NCBI RefSeq assembly: GCF_044324875.1
Contig: NZ_CP172188.1
DNA: 64,000 nucleotides
DNA from: Escherichia coli
GTDB taxonomy: Bacteria > Pseudomonadota > Gammaproteobacteria > Enterobacterales > Enterobacteriaceae
Reading direction: 5' to 3' (one strand)
The notes beneath the pieces are model-generated. The model was not told the origin of the DNA. It saw only the letters and a list, made by a program, of their open reading frames with translations, and searched no databases. Made by a program: the position numbers and the translations under genes. Positions 19,110 to 29,159 of this stretch are shown here, piece by piece. Each line of letters opens with the position of its first letter. The stretch's first letter is position 1.

Positions 19110-20090
19110 GTGGCCCAGGAGTTACAACAATATTTTCTACAGTCAGTGCTCATTAACGATAACAAAGTGCCACGAGACTGGATTTTTACCGCAGTATATG
19201 TAGAAAAAACCAGCCTCAAAGCCCCTTTGCTAAAACTGGAAATTCATGACGCTACCGGCACCGTAATTGATGACTGGAAAGCCAAATACGGTGCATCGCT
19301 GGTGGCTGAAATGGGCGATCCAAACGGTAATGCAGGCACTTTTAAAACAGATTTCTTTGTTACGTCTGCAATGCTGGCTGGTGATGTTGTTACCGTTATT
19401 GCTGTCAGTGAAGACGTGCGCAGGTTTAAGATCCCCTCCCCGCGCACAAATTTACATACCAACAAAACACCAGACGCTATATTCAAGGCATATTCCGGCA
19501 AGCTTAAAATTACCAGCAGCGTGCTAAAACGCGCAGTTACATATCATCTGAATGCCGGTGACAAACCGTCAAAAATGCTTTCGGAGATAGCGCGAGACAA
19601 AGGTGCATTATGTTGGGTATGCCGGGGGGAATTTAACTTTTACACCCTGGATGATCTGATGAAGCAAACGCCATCATTTACCTACGAGGGGAATAACCCT
19701 AAAGCAGAATACACTTTGTCCAAAATGCGCCTACTCCAACAGGAACATGCGACAACAGCAAAGAATCAATATCGTTTTGTTGGGTATTCCATGACCGATG
19801 GCTACGTCGAATATGGCGATAGCTCACTCCCAGTGCGTTATATATCCGACTCTGATATGGAAACTCTTCGCAATATGCAGCTGTCTCTCGTCCCCAAAAT
19901 GGATATAGAAGTCGCAGGCAATCCGGATATAAAACCGGGAATGGTAATAGAGATTATCGTATACCGCTATGACCAGGAAAACCGCATTGATGAATCAATG
20001 CCCCGCAAGCTGATAGTAAAAAATGTTGCGCACTTTGAAGACCGCGTAGGCTACACAACACGAATGATATTAGGAGTGCCGAACAAATGA
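19110..20090 (+). CDS. phage baseplate-module protein (326 aa)
   Basis: GTG start directly after the upstream stop; operon context. Confidence 0.45.
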   Translation: MAQELQQYFLQSVLINDNKVPRDWIFTAVYVEKTSLKAPLLKLEIHDATGTVIDDWKAKYGASLVAEMGDPNGNAGTFKTDFFVTSAMLAGDVVTVIAVSEDVRRFKIPSPRTNLHTNKTPDAIFKAYSGKLKITSSVLKRAVTYHLNAGDKPSKMLSEIARDKGALCWVCRGEFNFYTLDDLMKQTPSFTYEGNNPKAEYTLSKMRLLQQEHATTAKNQYRFVGYSMTDGYVEYGDSSLPVRYISDSDMETLRNMQLSLVPKMDIEVAGNPDIKPGMVIEIIVYRYDQENRIDESMPRKLIVKNVAHFEDRVGYTTRMILGVPNK

Positions 20091-20740
20091 AGCGTAGAGC
20101 GCAAATTGTTGGAACTGTGCACCCGGCAGGGCTTATGCGTGCTCAGGTCCGTGTTTTACCAGACTGGAATGGCGTTCCTGATGACGATCTACCCTGGGCA
20201 GAATACCTGTTACCCATAGGTAACGCGTTTGTACCTACAGTAAAAGGCGACCTGGTATGGGTAGAGTTTCCTTATCTGGATGTTAATGGTCGAATTGATA
20301 CCAGACGCCCAATGATAGTTGGCGCAGCTCAGGATGCGCCTGGCGGAGTACCAAACGTCGCGCCGGAGGCGTCAGGCAATGGTAGCGGCTGGACGCCACC
20401 AGAAGTAGACGGAGCGCCTCCCCGCCCGCAATTTTCGGCGACAAAAGATTTCGTGATTCACCGCAACAATGTGCTCGAAGTGCGAACGGCTGGCGGTGGA
20501 TATGAAATAGCGAATACGGCAGCAGGCTCAAGGATTGGAATGAATGAATCAGGGCAGATATACATCATTGGTCCGGCTGATGTAGTAGTGAATGCGGGAG
20601 GGAGTGTTAACGTCAAATCAGCCGATAACATCAGCGTTAATGGCAAAAACATTACTGTGACAGCCGACGAAAATATTGATTTCAAGGCTGGAGGCACCTT
20701 CCAGGCTATCGCAAGCAACTTTGATTTCAAGAAGGGATAG
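20087..20740 (+). CDS. baseplate central spike protein (gpV/gp5 OB-fold type)
   Basis: N-terminal GDLVWVEFPYLDVNGR OB-fold-like motif and C-terminal repetitive beta-helix-like VNVKSADNISVNGKNITVTADENIDF. Confidence 0.5.
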   Translation: MKRRAQIVGTVHPAGLMRAQVRVLPDWNGVPDDDLPWAEYLLPIGNAFVPTVKGDLVWVEFPYLDVNGRIDTRRPMIVGAAQDAPGGVPNVAPEASGNGSGWTPPEVDGAPPRPQFSATKDFVIHRNNVLEVRTAGGGYEIANTAAGSRIGMNESGQIYIIGPADVVVNAGGSVNVKSADNISVNGKNITVTADENIDFKAGGTFQAIASNFDFKKG

Positions 20741-20773
20741 AAAACACATCCAATTGTGTTAGATAATTGAACA

Positions 20774-20793
20774 GAATTTTCTAACACAATTGG
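20774..20793. promoter_or_regulatory. operator-like motif copy upstream of rdgC
   Basis: gaattttctaacacaattgg; member of the 7-site motif family. Confidence 0.35.
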
Positions 20794-20799
20794 TGAAAC

Positions 20800-21705
20800 A
20801 TGAGATCAGTCGCTTTCAAAAACATCTTCATCTATCGTCTTTCACGTGAAGTTAACTGGAGTGCCGCAGAAGTATCCGATGCTCTTAGCAAATTCGTGTT
20901 TACTCCTTGCGGTTCTCAGGACACAGCTAAAGTCGGTTGGACACCTGTTCTTGGTGACAACCTCACCCATGAATACCAGGGTTTTCTGCTAATACAGCAT
21001 AAGCGAGAAGAAAAAATTCTCCCCTCGCAGGTGCTCAAGGAAGAGTTGCAGAAAAAAGTCCTGAAACTCGAAGAAGAGCAAGCCCGCAAGCTGAAGAAAA
21101 CGGAAAGAGACAGTCTTAAAGATGAAGTCCTGCATTCCCTTTTGCCTCGCGCGTTCACGAGAAAATCACTCGCCAAAATCCTGATCGACCGCAGCAACCA
21201 TCTGGTATTCGTTGAGGCAAGCAGCGCCAAAAAGGCAGAGGACCAGCTGGCTTTATTGCGAAAATCGCTCGGCAGCCTGCCTGTCATTCCATTCACACCA
21301 CGCGAACCGCTGGAAATTACAATGACCGAGTGGTTTAAAAACGGCTTCCCTGCCGGATTTACAGCAGGTGAAGACGCCACATTAAAGGGTCTGCTCGATA
21401 ATGGTGGTGCCGTTCGCTGCAACAAAGTTGATCTACAGTCCGACGAGATTATGTCTCACATTGAGGCGGGGAAAGTAGCTACGACCGTTGCAATTAACTG
21501 GATGGAACGCGCGTCGTTCAGAGTCAACGATGATATGAGTATCAAAGCCCTGACATTCTGTGATGATCTCTATGACCAGAACGACGATATCGACCGGGAG
21601 GATGTAGCACAACGATTTGATGCTGATTTCGTGCTCTTTACGGGCGAATTATCTGCACTGTTTAACGCGCTGGTGGAGGCCATTGGCGGTGAAGCAGAAC
21701 GATAA
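20800..21705 (+). CDS. rdgC: recombination-associated protein RdgC
   Basis: Full-length collinear similarity to E. coli RdgC (FTPCGSQD..., [57 protein letters not shown]). Confidence 0.85.
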   Translation: MRSVAFKNIFIYRLSREVNWSAAEVSDALSKFVFTPCGSQDTAKVGWTPVLGDNLTHEYQGFLLIQHKREEKILPSQVLKEELQKKVLKLEEEQARKLKKTERDSLKDEVLHSLLPRAFTRKSLAKILIDRSNHLVFVEASSAKKAEDQLALLRKSLGSLPVIPFTPREPLEITMTEWFKNGFPAGFTAGEDATLKGLLDNGGAVRCNKVDLQSDEIMSHIEAGKVATTVAINWMERASFRVNDDMSIKALTFCDDLYDQNDDIDREDVAQRFDADFVLFTGELSALFNALVEAIGGEAER

Positions 21706-21721
21706 TAACCGACAGCTTGTT

Positions 21722-22369
21722 GTGAGTCTTTGTGATTTTACGGGGGCAATGGTTGCCCCCTGGCTGGAATACGGTGTCGATGCCGCTATCGTCGATCCAC
21801 AGCACTTATCGACCAGTGACGAGCGGATGCAATCAGGTGCCGTTCTGACGCGTATTAGTGCGATCATCGATAGCGATGAAGTATACGCTTTTCTTCGTAA
21901 GAATTTGCAGCGCATCGTGTTTCTGGCCGGGTTCCCACCGTGTACTGACCTGGCTGTTTCCGGCGCGCGCTGGTTTTCTGACAAGGCTAATAAAGATCCG
22001 GTTTTCCAGTTCAAAGCAATGCAGGTTGTCTGGCAGTGTTACGACATTGCAAAGATGATTGGTTGCCCGTACATGATTGAAAACCCGGTCAGCCAAATAT
22101 CGACATTCTGGCGTAAACCTGATCACATCTTCCATCCTTACCACTTCACTGCATATTGCAAGGAAGACAATTACACCAAAAAAACATGCCTCTGGAGCGG
22201 GCAAGGCTTTGTCATGCCTGATGCCCTAATGGACGAATCATTAGGCAAGCCAGATAACAGAATCCATACCGCGCCACCTGGACCTGAAAGGGCTAATTTT
22301 CGAAGTGCTACTCCGCATGGATTCGCAAAGGCAGTTTTCGAAGCGAATAAGGGGGTGCTCTATGAGTAA
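21722..22369 (+). CDS. small C5-cytosine methyltransferase-like protein
   Basis: Motifs resembling C5-MTase I (LCDFTGAM), IV (GFPPCTD) and VI (MIENPV); start assumed GTG 21722 (ORF track 21617 overlaps the rdgC end). Confidence 0.5.
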   Translation: MSLCDFTGAMVAPWLEYGVDAAIVDPQHLSTSDERMQSGAVLTRISAIIDSDEVYAFLRKNLQRIVFLAGFPPCTDLAVSGARWFSDKANKDPVFQFKAMQVVWQCYDIAKMIGCPYMIENPVSQISTFWRKPDHIFHPYHFTAYCKEDNYTKKTCLWSGQGFVMPDALMDESLGKPDNRIHTAPPGPERANFRSATPHGFAKAVFEANKGVLYE

Positions 22370-23267
22370 ATCTATAGCAAGCATAGCCATAGAAAAACAG
22401 GATACGATGGCTGAAATTAGCTATATGCGCACCATTCGGACTCAGGATGAATATGAGCGCCCGATCTTCAAATGGGTAGGCGGTAAATTCTCAGAGTTGC
22501 CTACAGTGCTTGAGCATCTACCACACGGCAAGCGGTTAATAGAACCATTCGTTGGTGGCGGTTCCGTATTTACAAATGCAGGATTTCGCCACAACCTGCT
22601 TAATGATATTAACGGTGACCTGATTAACTTCTATCAGACATTGCAGCGAGAAGGACATTCGCTCGTCACGCTGTCATATAGTTTTTTCCAAAATTACAAC
22701 AACGCTGACGCTTACCTCGAAGTGCGTGAGGCATTTAACAGAGGAAAGTATGACCAGCTACATCATGCTGCCGCCTTTTTGTACCTTAATCGGCACTGTT
22801 TTAATGGCGTAACGCGGTACAACCAAAATGGCGAGTTCAACGTGGGGTATGGCAAATACAAAGCGCCCTACTTCCCACATGCAGAGATGGAGGCATTTTT
22901 GGCTGATGACGTACTCAAAAACACGTCCTTTGTATCAGGTGACTTTGCTGGCGTCATCGAGGCGGCTGGTGAAGGCGATGTGATTTTTTGCGATCCGCCG
23001 TATGAACCGCTGCCGGATACAGAAGGGTTTACCAGTTATTCAGGAAATAGCTTCCGTTTCGACGAACAGAAACGGCTGGTATCTCTATTGGTGGAAGCCC
23101 ACCAGCGCGGCGCTAAGGTAGTGATAACAAATAGTGGTGCGCCAAACATCCGTGAACTATATGAAGGAAACGGGTTTAAAGTACATCATATGGCAGCCAG
23201 ACGGTCGGTTTCCTGCAAGGCGTCAACACGTGTAGTTGCTAACGATATAATTGCAATAATGAAGTAA
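22362..23267 (+). CDS. dam: DNA adenine methyltransferase (Dam family)
   Basis: FKWVGGK N-terminal motif and catalytic DPPY; ATG 22362 with AAGGGGG RBS overlaps the upstream stop. Confidence 0.8.
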   Translation: MSKSIASIAIEKQDTMAEISYMRTIRTQDEYERPIFKWVGGKFSELPTVLEHLPHGKRLIEPFVGGGSVFTNAGFRHNLLNDINGDLINFYQTLQREGHSLVTLSYSFFQNYNNADAYLEVREAFNRGKYDQLHHAAAFLYLNRHCFNGVTRYNQNGEFNVGYGKYKAPYFPHAEMEAFLADDVLKNTSFVSGDFAGVIEAAGEGDVIFCDPPYEPLPDTEGFTSYSGNSFRFDEQKRLVSLLVEAHQRGAKVVITNSGAPNIRELYEGNGFKVHHMAARRSVSCKASTRVVANDIIAIMK

Positions 23268-23269
23268 AA

Positions 23270-23296
23270 AACGCCGCAGTAGCGGCGTTTACTTTT
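23270..23296. terminator. bidirectional terminator between dam and glnS
   Basis: aacgccgc-agta-gcggcgtt hairpin flanked by A-run and T-run. Confidence 0.6.
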
Positions 23297-23315
23297 TCAT
23301 GTGGCGAAATACCTA

Positions 23316-24977
23316 TTAACCTAACTTCGCCCAGGTATCACGCAGCCCAACGGTGCGGTTAAATACCGGTTTTTCCGCCGTAGAATGGCGGCTATCGAGG
23401 CAGAAGTAACCTTCACGCTCAAACTGGAATGCTTTACCCGCAACCGCATCTTTCAGCGACGGTTCAGCAAAGCCCTGTTTGATCACCAGCGATTCCGGGT
23501 TAATCACCGACAGGAAATCATCCGCAGCACCTGGGTTAGGCACGCTGAACAGACGATCGTACAGGCGGATTTCAACCGGCAGCGCATGTGCCGCGCTCAC
23601 CCAGTGAATAACGCCTTTCACTTTACGACCATCTGCCGGATCTTTGCTTAAGGTGTCGGCGTCATAAGTACAGAAGATGGTGGTGATATTGCCTTCGGCA
23701 TCTTTCTCCACGCGTTCAGCCTTAATGACGTAAGCATTACGCAGACGCACTTCTTTACCCAGCACCAGACGTTTGTACTGCTTGTTAGCTTCTTCGCGGA
23801 AATCGGCGCGGTCGATCCAAATCTCACCGCTAAACGGCACCTGACGGCTACCCATTTCCGGTTTGTTCGGATGGTTCGGCATGGTGACCATTTCGCCTTC
23901 GCCCTGGTAGTTTTCGATAACCAGTTTCACCGGATCGATAACCGCCATTGCGCGCGGCGCATTTTCGTTGAGATCTTCACGGATGCAGGATTCCAGCGAC
24001 GCCATCTCAATGGTGTTGTCCTGCTTGGTCACGCCGATGCGTTTGCAGAACTCACGAATAGAAGCCGCAGTGTAACCACGACGACGCAGACCGGAAATGG
24101 TCGGCATACGCGGGTCATCCCAGCCTTCAACGTGTTTGTCGGTCACCAGCAGGTTCAGCTTACGCTTGGACATCACGGTGTATTCCAGATTCAGGCGCGA
24201 GAATTCGTACTGGCGCGGGTGAACAGGAATGGTGATGTTGTCCAGCACCCAGTCGTACAGGCGACGGTTGTCCTGGAACTCAAGCGTACACAGAGAGTGC
24301 GTAATACCTTCCAGCGCATCGCTGATGCAATGGGTGAAGTCGTACATCGGGTAGATGCACCACTTGTTGCCAGTCTGGTGGTGTTCAGCAAATTTAATGC
24401 GGTACAGCACCGGATCGCGCATTACGATAAATGGCGACGCCATGTCGATTTTCGCACGCAGGCAGGCTTTACCTTCTTCAAAACCACCGGCACGCATTTT
24501 TTCGAACAGCGCCAGGTTCTCTTCAACGCTGCGATCGCGGTACGGGCTGTTTTTACCCGGCTGCGTCAGGGTGCCGCGGTATTCGCGGATCTGTTCCGGC
24601 GTCAGTTCGTCAACATACGCCAGGCCTTTGTTGATCAGTTCAACAGCATAGGCGTGGAGCTGATCAAAATAATCGGAGGAGTAACGGATGTTGCCAGACC
24701 AGTGAAAACCTAACCATTCAACGTCGTTTTTAATCGACTCGACGTACTCGATATCTTCTTTTACCGGGTTAGTGTCGTCGAAACGCAGGTTGCACTGGCC
24801 TTTATAGTCCTGGGCGATCCCGAAGTTCAGGCAGATAGATTTCGCATGACCAATATGCAGATAGCCATTCGGTTCCGGCGGGAAACGGGTATGTACTGTG
24901 GTGTGCTTACCACTGGCCAGATCTTCATCGATGATCTGACGAATAAAGTTAGTCGGGCGGGCTTCTGCCTCACTCAT
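23316..24977 (-). CDS. glnS: glutaminyl-tRNA synthetase
   Basis: 553 aa; class I aaRS HIGH ([13 protein letters not shown]) and KMSKS-like (VMSKRK) motifs; essentially collinear with E. coli GlnS as recalled from memory. Confidence 0.95.
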   Translation of the reverse strand: MSEAEARPTNFIRQIIDEDLASGKHTTVHTRFPPEPNGYLHIGHAKSICLNFGIAQDYKGQCNLRFDDTNPVKEDIEYVESIKNDVEWLGFHWSGNIRYSSDYFDQLHAYAVELINKGLAYVDELTPEQIREYRGTLTQPGKNSPYRDRSVEENLALFEKMRAGGFEEGKACLRAKIDMASPFIVMRDPVLYRIKFAEHHQTGNKWCIYPMYDFTHCISDALEGITHSLCTLEFQDNRRLYDWVLDNITIPVHPRQYEFSRLNLEYTVMSKRKLNLLVTDKHVEGWDDPRMPTISGLRRRGYTAASIREFCKRIGVTKQDNTIEMASLESCIREDLNENAPRAMAVIDPVKLVIENYQGEGEMVTMPNHPNKPEMGSRQVPFSGEIWIDRADFREEANKQYKRLVLGKEVRLRNAYVIKAERVEKDAEGNITTIFCTYDADTLSKDPADGRKVKGVIHWVSAAHALPVEIRLYDRLFSVPNPGAADDFLSVINPESLVIKQGFAEPSLKDAVAGKAFQFEREGYFCLDSRHSTAEKPVFNRTVGLRDTWAKLG

Positions 24978-25129
24978 TGTGGATTCCTCAAAGCGTAAAC
25001 AACGTATAACAGCGTATGATCTTATAAGCCGAATAGGCTGACAACCACTAGTTGATTAGAAATTGCTTTCTATCGTTATTTCAATAATGAGCTTTTTCAT
25101 TAAGCCCACTTTTGCGCATAAGTAAATTA

Positions 25130-25215
25130 ATGACAAATGGTACACAATTGGAACCAAAAAGGATGTAAAGGTGCACCAAATTAGTGGTGTATTGGTGCAC
25201 CTTTGGTTCAAGACT
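25130..25215. repeat. GGAACC/GGTGCACC repeat cluster with a 10-bp inverted repeat, downstream of parG
   Basis: ttggaaccaaa, ggtgcaccaa...ttggtgcacc, tttggttc; related to the repeats upstream of parF. Confidence 0.4.
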
Positions 25216-25245
25216 TTTTAAGTTCTAAAACCAACCTGAAAGACT

Positions 25246-25533
25246 TTATTTTGCTTCCTCAGACTCCGCTAACATGAGGATAGCATGGCGGATCATATTC
25301 AATTTGCTACGATTATGCTTTTTACTTAACGCATCAAGTACCTGGTACTCGTATTCATTGAAACCAACACGAATAGATTTAAAATCACGTGGAGCGTCCT
25401 TATCGAGCACTTTGTTGTCTTCTGGTTGCTCACCCGGCACCAAATCAGCCTTACTTGCAAAATCCTCAATTCGGCGTTCAAGATCGGGGTCTTTTACTTC
25501 GGGGGCTTTTACCGATTTACGAGGCTTAATCAC
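25246..25533 (-). CDS. ParG-like ribbon-helix-helix centromere-binding protein
   Basis: C-terminal RHH-like segment (SIRVGFNEYEYQVLDALSKKHNRSKLNMIRHAILML); overlaps the ParA-type ATPase gene. Confidence 0.65.
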   Translation of the reverse strand: MIKPRKSVKAPEVKDPDLERRIEDFASKADLVPGEQPEDNKVLDKDAPRDFKSIRVGFNEYEYQVLDALSKKHNRSKLNMIRHAILMLAESEEAK

Positions 25534-26167
25534 TTAATAACTCCTTAACCAACATCTGGATTTCACCTTTAGCTTTCCCGTTGTCCATCTCAACAACGCC
25601 CTTCCCTTCAGCCATGCAATCGCGGTAAACCTTACGATCACGAATGATGGTTTTCAGCAACTTCAGTTGCGGATATTCAGCCAGGTACTCTTTGGCCTCA
25701 TTGGTTTCATTCACAACCGGATTGGATGGGGCCATTGTTAAGACTGCGAACGCCTTAATGCTAGGATTAGGCATCAGGTCCAAAGCCTCTTCAAACACTT
25801 CAACAAAGTGTGCCAGCGTGTCTAAATCTGGTTGAGATGGTCTGAATGGGACCAACACAATATCTGCAGCGGTTATGCCTGTACGCATCTCTTTGCTATC
25901 GCGCCCGGCTGTATCAACAACTACAAATTCATAACGCTTATCCAGATCGAGAAGTGTTTCTCGAATATTACCAAACTTCTGGACACAATGAATTACAGGA
26001 GAAACCTCTGCCGTGTTACGGTCAGCGGCCCAGCGGGCAGCTGTTCCTTGCTTGTCTGCATCTAGTAACACTACATCCTTATTTTCGCGGGCAAGCTCCG
26101 CACAGATGTTTACGCTTGTGGTTGATTTTCCACAGCCACCTTTTTGGCTGACTACCAATATAATCAT
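25526..26167 (-). CDS. ParA/ParF-type partition ATPase (type Ib)
   Basis: Deviant Walker A KGGCGKST, about 213 aa, no N-terminal HTH domain. Confidence 0.85.
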   Translation of the reverse strand: MIILVVSQKGGCGKSTTSVNICAELARENKDVVLLDADKQGTAARWAADRNTAEVSPVIHCVQKFGNIRETLLDLDKRYEFVVVDTAGRDSKEMRTGITAADIVLVPFRPSQPDLDTLAHFVEVFEEALDLMPNPSIKAFAVLTMAPSNPVVNETNEAKEYLAEYPQLKLLKTIIRDRKVYRDCMAEGKGVVEMDNGKAKGEIQMLVKELLSD

Positions 26168-26189
26168 ATCCGTTCCTCGGTGTTATTTT

Positions 26190-26430
26190 GGTATCAAACT
26201 GGTTCCAAACAGAAGCCTTATTGATGCGGTTTTGGCTCTATAGTGGAGTCATTATGCTTTGCAAAAGTATAACACTAATCATTCTAAATTTGCCCTCTGT
26301 TGCATCCTGTTTAACACGAAATCAGCACTAAATTGGAACCAGATACAAAGCAGCACCATAACAACACCGTTTTGGTACTAAAAGAGCACCAAACTAGAAC
26401 CATAACGGTATAAAAAAGGCTGCAAATTGC
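26190..26430. repeat. candidate centromere-like repeat array for the ParF/ParG system
   Basis: Several TGGTTCC/TGGAACC/TGGTACT/TAGAACC-type motifs upstream of the parF-like gene. Confidence 0.4.
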
Positions 26431-26452
26431 AGCCTTTGAAGATGTAGATTGG

Positions 26453-26824
26453 TTAATCAGGGAGTGAGTTTGCCAAATTCTGAGCAGAGCGGCTTTTCGG
26501 AACGCCTGGTTTTTTTACATCCTCTGAGACAGAGGTTTTTCCTTCAGTAGGTTCCCGAACTTCATGCGAAATTTCAAGAAACGAAACCAGCATTTTTCTG
26601 ATCACTTCAGAGCTATTATCACCGGATAAAAGCGATGCCAACATGGGAGGTAATCTGCTATCAACCTCGCCAAGAGCGATACCTGCAAGCATCGCAGTGC
26701 GCACCATATCATTGCGATCACTTAATGGATGGGCCTCAATTTTTGCCACAGCATATTGCTCACTGGCGTAAGCGTTAAGATCTGAACGAAGATAAAACAT
26801 TATTTTTCGACGTTCTTTAGACAT
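26453..26824 (-). CDS. parR: ParR-like partition adaptor (type II system)
   Basis: Small protein downstream of parM; N-terminal RRKIMFYLRSDLN...RTAMLAGIALG resembles ParR of R1. Confidence 0.55.
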   Translation of the reverse strand: MSKERRKIMFYLRSDLNAYASEQYAVAKIEAHPLSDRNDMVRTAMLAGIALGEVDSRLPPMLASLLSGDNSSEVIRKMLVSFLEISHEVREPTEGKTSVSEDVKKPGVPKSRSAQNLANSLPD

Positions 26825-26834
26825 GGCAACCTCA

Positions 26835-27794
26835 TCAACCGATAGATTTTAGACCATATACAAGAGCAAGTTGTGGATCATCAGCAACGAAAAACCTATC
26901 GTCACGAATGTTTACCTGCTCACGGATAGCATCAGCAACAAGCGGCGCGCCGCCACCAATTACCATAACATGTGTGTATCCTTTGAAATCACTGATCACA
27001 TCCAGTACGCGTGTACGGAGTCGCTCTATGCTTGACGAAATGGCTTTCTTAACATCATCAATAGCAGACGGATCGTTAATATTGTCGGTCAGATAATCCT
27101 CATCATCTCGATTAATGATTAATTGATCGACGTTATAATTAGAGGTTTCGGTATTAGCTTTTGCAAGTGCCTGTCTGACCTCTTTAGTTACCAGCGAAAC
27201 GCCGAGATTAGAATCGCCAAATACGCGAGAAACGGCGGTCATTTGCCCGGCAACCATCGACACATCCAGAGTAGTCCCGCCAAGATCAACAATAAGCACA
27301 GAATGCGCTGGCACAAGGCTGTCGCACAGACCGATCCCTGCGGGTATTGACTCCGGGCGCACAGTCACTTTTTTGATAGTAAAAACCTGACCTTTGTTAA
27401 GGGTGACTGGTCGCATCAGGCTGGCCTTTTTCCGCTCAATATTTTTCATGTTGTATTGTGCGTCGTCGTCATAAAACTCTGCCAGTGGCAACGTGACTAC
27501 TATTTCCACTTCTTGAGGCTCAATGCCACTTGTAAGCAGGGCATGATGAACAGCAAGCACATTAAGCGGGCTGTATTGCCATTCAACGTTATTCGTTGGC
27601 AGAGCATCCGGCGAGATCAAGTCATATGAATATTTTTCGTCATCAATGATGTAGTTAAACGTTTTTCCTGCGCCAAATGTGGCGGACCATCCACGTTTAA
27701 AACTGTTCGGGCAGATATGGGTTCGAGTTTCCCCGTCTTGTTCCCACAGCATTTTGATATTGGTAGAACCATCGTCGATAAAAATGCGCATCAT
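26835..27794 (-). CDS. parM: ParM/StbA actin-like partition ATPase
   Basis: MRIFIDDGSTNIK N-terminal phosphate-1 motif as in ParM; ATG 27794/27791 with GGAG RBS (ORF track 27920 extends into the iterons). Confidence 0.8.
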   Translation of the reverse strand: MMRIFIDDGSTNIKMLWEQDGETRTHICPNSFKRGWSATFGAGKTFNYIIDDEKYSYDLISPDALPTNNVEWQYSPLNVLAVHHALLTSGIEPQEVEIVVTLPLAEFYDDDAQYNMKNIERKKASLMRPVTLNKGQVFTIKKVTVRPESIPAGIGLCDSLVPAHSVLIVDLGGTTLDVSMVAGQMTAVSRVFGDSNLGVSLVTKEVRQALAKANTETSNYNVDQLIINRDDEDYLTDNINDPSAIDDVKKAISSSIERLRTRVLDVISDFKGYTHVMVIGGGAPLVADAIREQVNIRDDRFFVADDPQLALVYGLKSIG

Positions 27795-27884
27795 ATTGCT
27801 CCACTTCTGAGACACATTTGAGAAAGAATTGAATCTTATATGAGAAAACAAAATAAAACCAGAAGTTGAGAGAGCAAAAAGCAC

Positions 27885-27955
27885 CAGATTTGAGACAAAC
27901 CAGAGACAAACCAGAGACAAACTAGAGACACACTAGAGACAAGTATGAGAAACAA
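27885..27955. promoter_or_regulatory. parC-like centromere/promoter iterons
   Basis: About six tandem 11-bp repeats (accagagacaa / actagagacac) directly upstream of parM. Confidence 0.6.
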
Positions 27956-28013
27956 GAAATCTTAAGAGTGAAAATCACAAAGTGGAGAAGATTTAAGAAA
28001 AAGGAGGTGTTAG

Positions 28014-28298
28014 ATGAGTGCAATAGCGACCTGTGACACAGTTTGTTCCGGTCATGGAGGATTCCCTCCGCGACCTGTAGCAGAAACAGTTTCCTGGTTT
28101 ACCGTAAATGGAAAGCCAGTTGTTGTAGATGGTGCCATGTTTCCCAGTCACACTGACGGTAACAGTGCACATCCAGGGGCAGCTGTATCGACGCGAGTAT
28201 GGTTTTCGATAGGTGGAAAGGGAGTTGTCTGTGTAGGCGATCCGCTTTCTTGTGGTTCTGTTATCGCCAACGGCGAGGATATTTTTCAGGTTGCATAA
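28014..28298 (+). CDS. PAAR-like spike-tip protein
   Basis: CSGHGG...VNGKPVVVDGAMFPSH...IGGKGVVCVGDPLSCGSVIANG pattern resembles PAAR-repeat proteins such as T4 gp5.4. Confidence 0.5.
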   Translation: MSAIATCDTVCSGHGGFPPRPVAETVSWFTVNGKPVVVDGAMFPSHTDGNSAHPGAAVSTRVWFSIGGKGVVCVGDPLSCGSVIANGEDIFQVA

Positions 28299-29104
28299 TG
28301 CTTGATTCAATAGGTGAAGTTAAAGCCTTCAAAATTCTGTCAGATGCCGGTATCTCTACACCAGAATCTATAACCATAAGCCGGGCAGCTTCTGTAAAAG
28401 CCTCATCGCTCGCCAGCGCCATACAGGGAATAGTTCACGCCGATAAAACCTATCCTGATTCTGTTTCGGCCTGGACTACTCAATTGCTTGGCTTTTCTGA
28501 ACAGCTCAATGAGGCCAGCAAAGCGTCTTCATCACTGGCTGATTCTCTTTCCCCATACACCAAGCCATCAGAGCTGTTACAGATGAAGATTGGCTGGGAA
28601 TGCTACGCAAAAGGTAACGAGCTGACCCCCATACCTGCTTTCGCCCTTGTTGAGGGAATGGGGAATGTTTCCATTCCGCAATCTCTAACGGACGCATTGA
28701 CGGCGCTAAAACTTGATGCTCTGAAAACCGCCATGAACGCCATTAACGCAAAAATTGAAGCTGCCGGAAGTGCTGGTGGTGGTGAAAGCAATGGTGGACA
28801 GGGTGGTGCTGGGGGCGCTCAGGCTCCAGTCATTACTCAGGATGAAATTGATGCTTTACGGGAAGCAGTGACAGCCGCCGAAGTTTTACTCTCCGAAATT
28901 AACTCAGCAAGTGAGGGTGTCGTAGCCCTTACAGGTCGCATTAAAACGTCAACCACTCAGGCAACCAAAGGTTTAGAGAACGCTGTCGCCATCACGTTAA
29001 CTGGTTCTCTACTGGATGATGCAGTAATGAGTCCGGCAATCAGTTTAATCATGCCACAAGGCGTTATTGATGCGCTCCAAAAGAACACCAAAAAGGAACC
29101 ATAG
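28298..29104 (+). CDS. hypothetical phage protein (268 aa), Ala/Ser/Thr-rich
   Basis: ATG 28298 overlaps the upstream stop (TAATG); ORF track 28199 is an upstream extension. Confidence 0.45.
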   Translation: MLDSIGEVKAFKILSDAGISTPESITISRAASVKASSLASAIQGIVHADKTYPDSVSAWTTQLLGFSEQLNEASKASSSLADSLSPYTKPSELLQMKIGWECYAKGNELTPIPAFALVEGMGNVSIPQSLTDALTALKLDALKTAMNAINAKIEAAGSAGGGESNGGQGGAGGAQAPVITQDEIDALREAVTAAEVLLSEINSASEGVVALTGRIKTSTTQATKGLENAVAITLTGSLLDDAVMSPAISLIMPQGVIDALQKNTKKEP

Positions 29105-29159
29105 AAACACCACTTAGGCACACAAAAGGATGTATATTGGTACATGTTTAACACCAAAA

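Noticed and set aside
23385-24713. Several plus-strand ORFs (88-280 aa) inside the glnS locus
   Set aside because: Antisense to a clearly recognisable, uninterrupted class I aminoacyl-tRNA synthetase gene; composition-driven open frames.
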